This document shows positions 59,753 through 64,000 of a DNA stretch of 64,000 nt, in pieces. The notes beneath the pieces are model-generated. The model did no database searches. It was given only the letters and a program-made list of their open reading frames with translations, and was not told the origin of the DNA. Where the stretch lies: positions 2,108,968 through 2,172,967 of the forward strand of contig CAJFCJ010000009.1 of assembly GCA_904063045.1 (NCBI GenBank), in the 5' to 3' direction. This DNA is from Dimorphilus gyrociliatus. Its lineage: Eukaryota > Animalia > Annelida. The position numbers were made by a program, and so were the translations under genes. Every line of letters starts with the position of its first letter. Position 1 is the first letter of the stretch.

Positions 59753-62700
59753 TTAGTTTCCATGTTTATTCTTAAAATAAAAACTCATAATAGATTTAGT
59801 TTGCAAAAACAAATATAAAGGTAAAAACAGTAGGAGAAGAGTAAATGTAATTAGTATTATGTTGAAAGCTGTTGGTATTATTTCAATACCGAATCCGTGT
59901 AATCTTAATACAAATTCAGTTTTAAATAAACACTTCTTATTGGTATCAATTTCATTAGAAAATCTAATTAAGAAATAATAGGTTGGAGGTCTTAAAATTT
60001 TGTCAGGGAGAAGATTAAAACATGGAGAATTCTCGTTACAAAACCACAAAAAGTCGTTATTCCTATTATTATATACTATACTATCTTTTTCAGCGTATAT
60101 TCTTAATATCTTGTTCTCATTCTTTCCATTTATCCTTTCTAAAGTTACATTATCGAAGTGGCGAATATTCTCTAAGTAATTGGCACCACCACCTATCAAT
60201 TCCAGAGTATAGTTACCCTGATATATTGTCTTATTATCAGTAATCCAATCGTAAATTGTGAACATGGGATAGAATCTATCATTTTTGTAGAAACACGGTA
60301 TTCCATCATTACTCCACCAGCATCCTTTAGCCTTTTTCTGCAGTCTTCTCCATAGCTCTTTTCTACTCATTTCTGGATCAAAATATATTGATAGCGAATT
60401 TGGACAGCCTAAGTAAACAGTTAATATATGCATTGGCCTCGTTTTTATCCAGTTTTTCTGACATGTTTTAAAAGGACACAATAGCTTTAACTCTACTGGA
60501 ATAAAATTTTTATCCCAAGTATCGCTTGAACTTTTCATAAGCCTCTTATTAATAAGTGATATTTGAAAGGTTATTGAAGAGTTGTACCAGTTTACATTTC
60601 TATTTACTGTAATTTCTAAAGAGCTGCTTCTTTCAAGCGTTCTTACTGACAAATGAGCTGATTCAAATGCCCAAGCGTCTAGCAGGGGCTCTACTACTAT
60701 AGAGAATGAAAATGTTTCACCGTAATCAATGTGAATGTCGGTGGGAATTTCTGATGACCATGTTTTAGATAAATCCAGGTTTTCTAGCCTGACCGAATCT
60801 GACCACGGGCTAGAATGGGTCAGGGCATCCTTCATATTCTCTTGCCATTCATCGATCAAATTAAGACTATTTCGATTTAAATAGGAACCGTAGAAAGACG
60901 AGTCGTAATCTCGAATGATATGGCGAATAAGTATATTTAAAGCTTGAACTGAAGATATTGATTTTAGGGAACTTTTTGAATTAGTCTGATTGTCGAAATA
61001 GTTCATATTATCAATTATCAAACGAACTTCTCTTGTATACTTTCGTAAGCTTTCGAAATAATATAGGAACTGAATAGGATATGGATTATCATAAATGAAT
61101 GAAGAGATACGCTCAAATTCAACTTTTACTCTCATGATTTCTTTACCCTTGACGATAAGCATAAGCTCACCATCTTCGTCAAGAAGACCACCGAGAATTG
61201 TATATCCTTTTATAGGATCTTGATTATCGAACGCCTTATTCCAATATATCGATGGATAAAATTGAACTAAATTTCCTGTAATCTCTTTAAACAGTAGTCT
61301 ACCGTCCTTTGTTACAAGATAAACACGACTAAATCGATCTAAAATTACATCAATTACCGCTTCATTCGTTAGAATTTTCTCGTCACCATTGATACCTTCT
61401 ATAGAGATGACCTTGGATCCGAGAAGATAATAACAAGGCGGATTAAATGATACGAAAGGTGAATGTGCGATACCTTTAAAATCACCTTGTGATCTAATCT
61501 CTCTTATGTAATTTTCTGTTTCTAAGCTACGTTTCACTACCCTATATTTTTGTTTAGTTCTTGTTAATAAAAGCATCTCTAAGCTATTTGATGGTAAAAT
61601 ACGAACATCTATAATATGACACGATTCATTGCAGACTCTCTTCAGTTCTAGCCATCTCTTATTTTCTTTTAACCAAATTTTTTCAGATGTAAAGCCAACA
61701 ACATTGATTTTATTGACGGATGGCACATGCAGTGGTGTAGCTCTAAGATGCTTTGGAGATATATCCCTTAAATAGCTTTTATCTGATATTGTTTTATCAA
61801 TGTTTTCGTCGTATGGAAGCTTGTACATATACAATTTATATAGGCCAGCGTTTGTTGCTAAAAGTAAACTATCGCCTAAAGATAGAGCGTCAAATAGCTC
61901 TATTTTAGAAGTGTTATAATGGAATTTCTTAAGGGATGCCCAATTGAAAAGGACAACTTGAAAAGTTCTAAAGTGGTCAATAGAAACTATAAGTTTTCCC
62001 TCTTGAGAGAGAATAAGTTCAACTCCGCCTCTTCCCCAAATATAATTGATTCTTTTAGGAGATGTAAAGTCATCTTTAGATAAATCCGTACTGCTTAGCC
62101 AACTGGGTAAAACTCTACCAGATATTTTATAGTGATATAAAGATAATAGATGATAGGATGAATCTTCTTTAATTGTAGTAGTTAAACTTTTCATTTTAAC
62201 AGCTATGGCAATGCACCTGAAAGAGTTTCATATACTGTATTTACATAGAGTATATAGATAATGTTTGCTAATTTTTGCGATATTACTTATTTACGACAAT
62301 AAAAAACAGTTAATATTATTAAGTTAAAATCTATTTTTATACTTTCTAAAGAGAAGAAAAAGCTTACTGTGTAGAAGCTATGAATGGTACAGGCGTTATC
62401 CATAATGAATTTTTTAACGAATTATCCAAAGAAACTAATGAGGATTGTAGAATTATTGTAAAGTGAGATACTCTCTTATTAAAATTCTCATGGGAGCGAC
62501 ACATTGGTTTCATCTCAACAATTGGATTTAATTCATTAATCCTATCTTGCCATCTTTCTACCTGTGAGATTTTATTAATTATATACAACTTTATCAAGCA
62601 TGAATAATTAGGTAATTTCAAATTCTATTGATATAAATTTACATAAATGCCACGCTCTAAACAAGTCAAATCATGCTTTAAAGTAATAACAAATTGATTA

Positions 62701-63004
62701 AATATGGCTGGATTTATAAAGTACTTTTTTTTTTGTAGCGTTTAATTAGCCTCTATTTATTTATAGATGTTATTACTTTAACGTATAAAGGGCAGTAGGT
62801 AAACATTCCAGTTCCTTTGAATGGTGAAAACCTTTGAAAATCCTTTAATTTTCCAGTAACGTTAACAGGACAAGAAGAGGCAGAAATATTCTGCCCAGCG
62901 AACTGTTGATCTAAAATAAACATTGATACTTTCCACAAGCATCTCTTAGCTACTGCATATCTTAAGCAAAACAGTATTATCAATGGGAATTGTATCATTG
63001 CCAT
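59753..63004 (-). CDS. CATSPERG: CatSper auxiliary subunit gamma-like, 3 exons (63004-62777, 62561-62368, 62216-59753), about 961 aa
   Basis: Signal peptide then CLWKV; phases 0 and 2 join in frame. The C-terminal region PCFYKNDRFYPMFTIYDWIT...YQGNYTLELIGGG...WFCNENSPCF...PTYYFLIRFSN...CLFKTEFVLRLHGF plus one TM matches the recalled CatSper-gamma signature (PCFLFRDIFYPFF...FQGSYVLLVVGGG...WLCLENAPC...LHIHGL). Confidence 0.8.
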
Positions 63005-63644
63005 CTATTGATTGGCAAATATTTAAAAATTCTATGAATTTAATGAATATTATTAAGAGATTGTTCTTTTACGCTGTTGTTGCGTTTTTCTTTAATAATA
63101 ATTATTATATTTCAAGACAACAAATGAGATTCACTTGTTAATAACATTGATTAAAAAATATACAATTTTCTTTTTAAAAATGCTTATCACGTTACGTTTC
63201 TATAAAAGTTTTGTTGATTTCATATATAGAAGTCACAACCTCTTTCTCTATCACTATCCTTAAAGTATCACAGACGATGCACAAAGAGAGTTGAATCATT
63301 GTAGAAATTATTAAAAAATAAAAACATTTAAGGAATTTGGCAAAGAATTAAAAGCCACAGAACAAAAAATATATGTGTAAAACATATAATAAAAGTTGAT
63401 CGATTTCATGTGATTATGTTGTTGTTTTGGTGGTATTATACACTTTAAAAACATAAAATAAGTACTAATTGCTTATTGATGGACATCACATTACTTATTA
63501 CGGAAAGAAACATTAAAACAATACAAGAGGATTGTTTGCAGTATTTTAAAAACAAAATAAAAATGATGTACAATATTTGTAAAACATAAATAGGCGAAAA
63601 TAATATGTGCGTGTATATAGGTGTAAAAATGATCAATTTCATTG

Positions 63645-64000
63645 TTACGCGTTGCTTTGAGATCCAGCAGATCCAATTCTTACTTCATATTTATCACCAG
63701 CAGTGCCATTCCTCTTAAACCTTTTGAATATGTTTAAATTCGATAAGCTTGCTTTTAAATTTTGAGGTCTGTGTTCAATTAACCATCGACCTGAGCTTGT
63801 CGATGGATTCCTGTAAGCGTAGATAACCCAGCCAACTACACCAAATATTAATCCTAGTAGAACTAAAACAACAATTACAATAGCAACAACAGCTCCACTG
63901 TTGTTACTAGAGGACTTGCTCTTATCCTTCTTTCCGTGAGGTAGTGGCGTTGGTTTGGGAGTCCATCCTTCCTGATCACAACTTGTTGTATTTATATCCT
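63645..64000 (-). CDS. 3' end of a type I membrane protein, PLXDC/TEM7-like (continues past window end)
   Basis: Open frame to the window edge: CDQEGW, TM AVVAIVIVVLVLLGLIFGVVGWVI, then YAYRNPSTSSGRWLIEHRP (resembles PLXDC YxYxxPxS...IERRP); ends SQSNA*. Confidence 0.6.
   Translation of the reverse strand, partial: DINTTSCDQEGWTPKPTPLPHGKKDKSKSSSNNSGAVVAIVIVVLVLLGLIFGVVGWVIYAYRNPSTSSGRWLIEHRPQNLKASLSNLNIFKRFKRNGTAGDKYEVRIGSAGSQSNA

Noticed and set aside
1-64000. CRISPR arrays, rRNA, intact transposons, prokaryotic systems
   Set aside because: No regularly spaced repeat-spacer units, rRNA motifs, transposase/RT ORFs or terminal repeats seen; the DNA is intron-containing animal sequence.

Overview
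AT-rich, gene-dense eukaryotic (animal) genomic DNA with short, mostly 50-110 nt spliceosomal introns. There is no prokaryotic, CRISPR or intact mobile-element content. A K-box (miR-2 site) in a HES 3'UTR and the gene set suggest a compact-genome protostome, possibly a spiralian such as the annelid Dimorphilus; this guess cannot be verified from the sequence. The first ~9 kb holds a single 3-exon Hairy/E(spl) (HES) bHLH-Orange gene surrounded by Notch/Su(H), proneural E-box and K-box elements. It is followed by a decayed SDR pseudogene and an intron-containing tRNA-Leu(CAA). The packed gene run after that is: CCDC134, GNB5, MVB12, TTC5, a single-pass receptor-type TKL kinase, HAL, POLR3H (with a U12-type intron candidate), an FN3-TM orphan, TSR1, an intronless prominin-like 5-TM protein, a small orphan ORF, DHTKD1 head-to-head with a nearly intronless IFT172, MsrA, two tandem DHRS1 copies, FNIP, a CatSper-gamma-like gene and the 3' end of a PLXDC-like gene. 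Best leads: the CatSper-gamma-like gene in a probable protostome; an RFX X-box inside the DHTKD1 coding exon upstream of IFT172; the prominin-like protein; the orphan receptor kinase; the minor intron; and the HES module with a non-terminal WRPW. Family assignments come from recalled motif similarity, not database searches, and splice sites were placed by eye.
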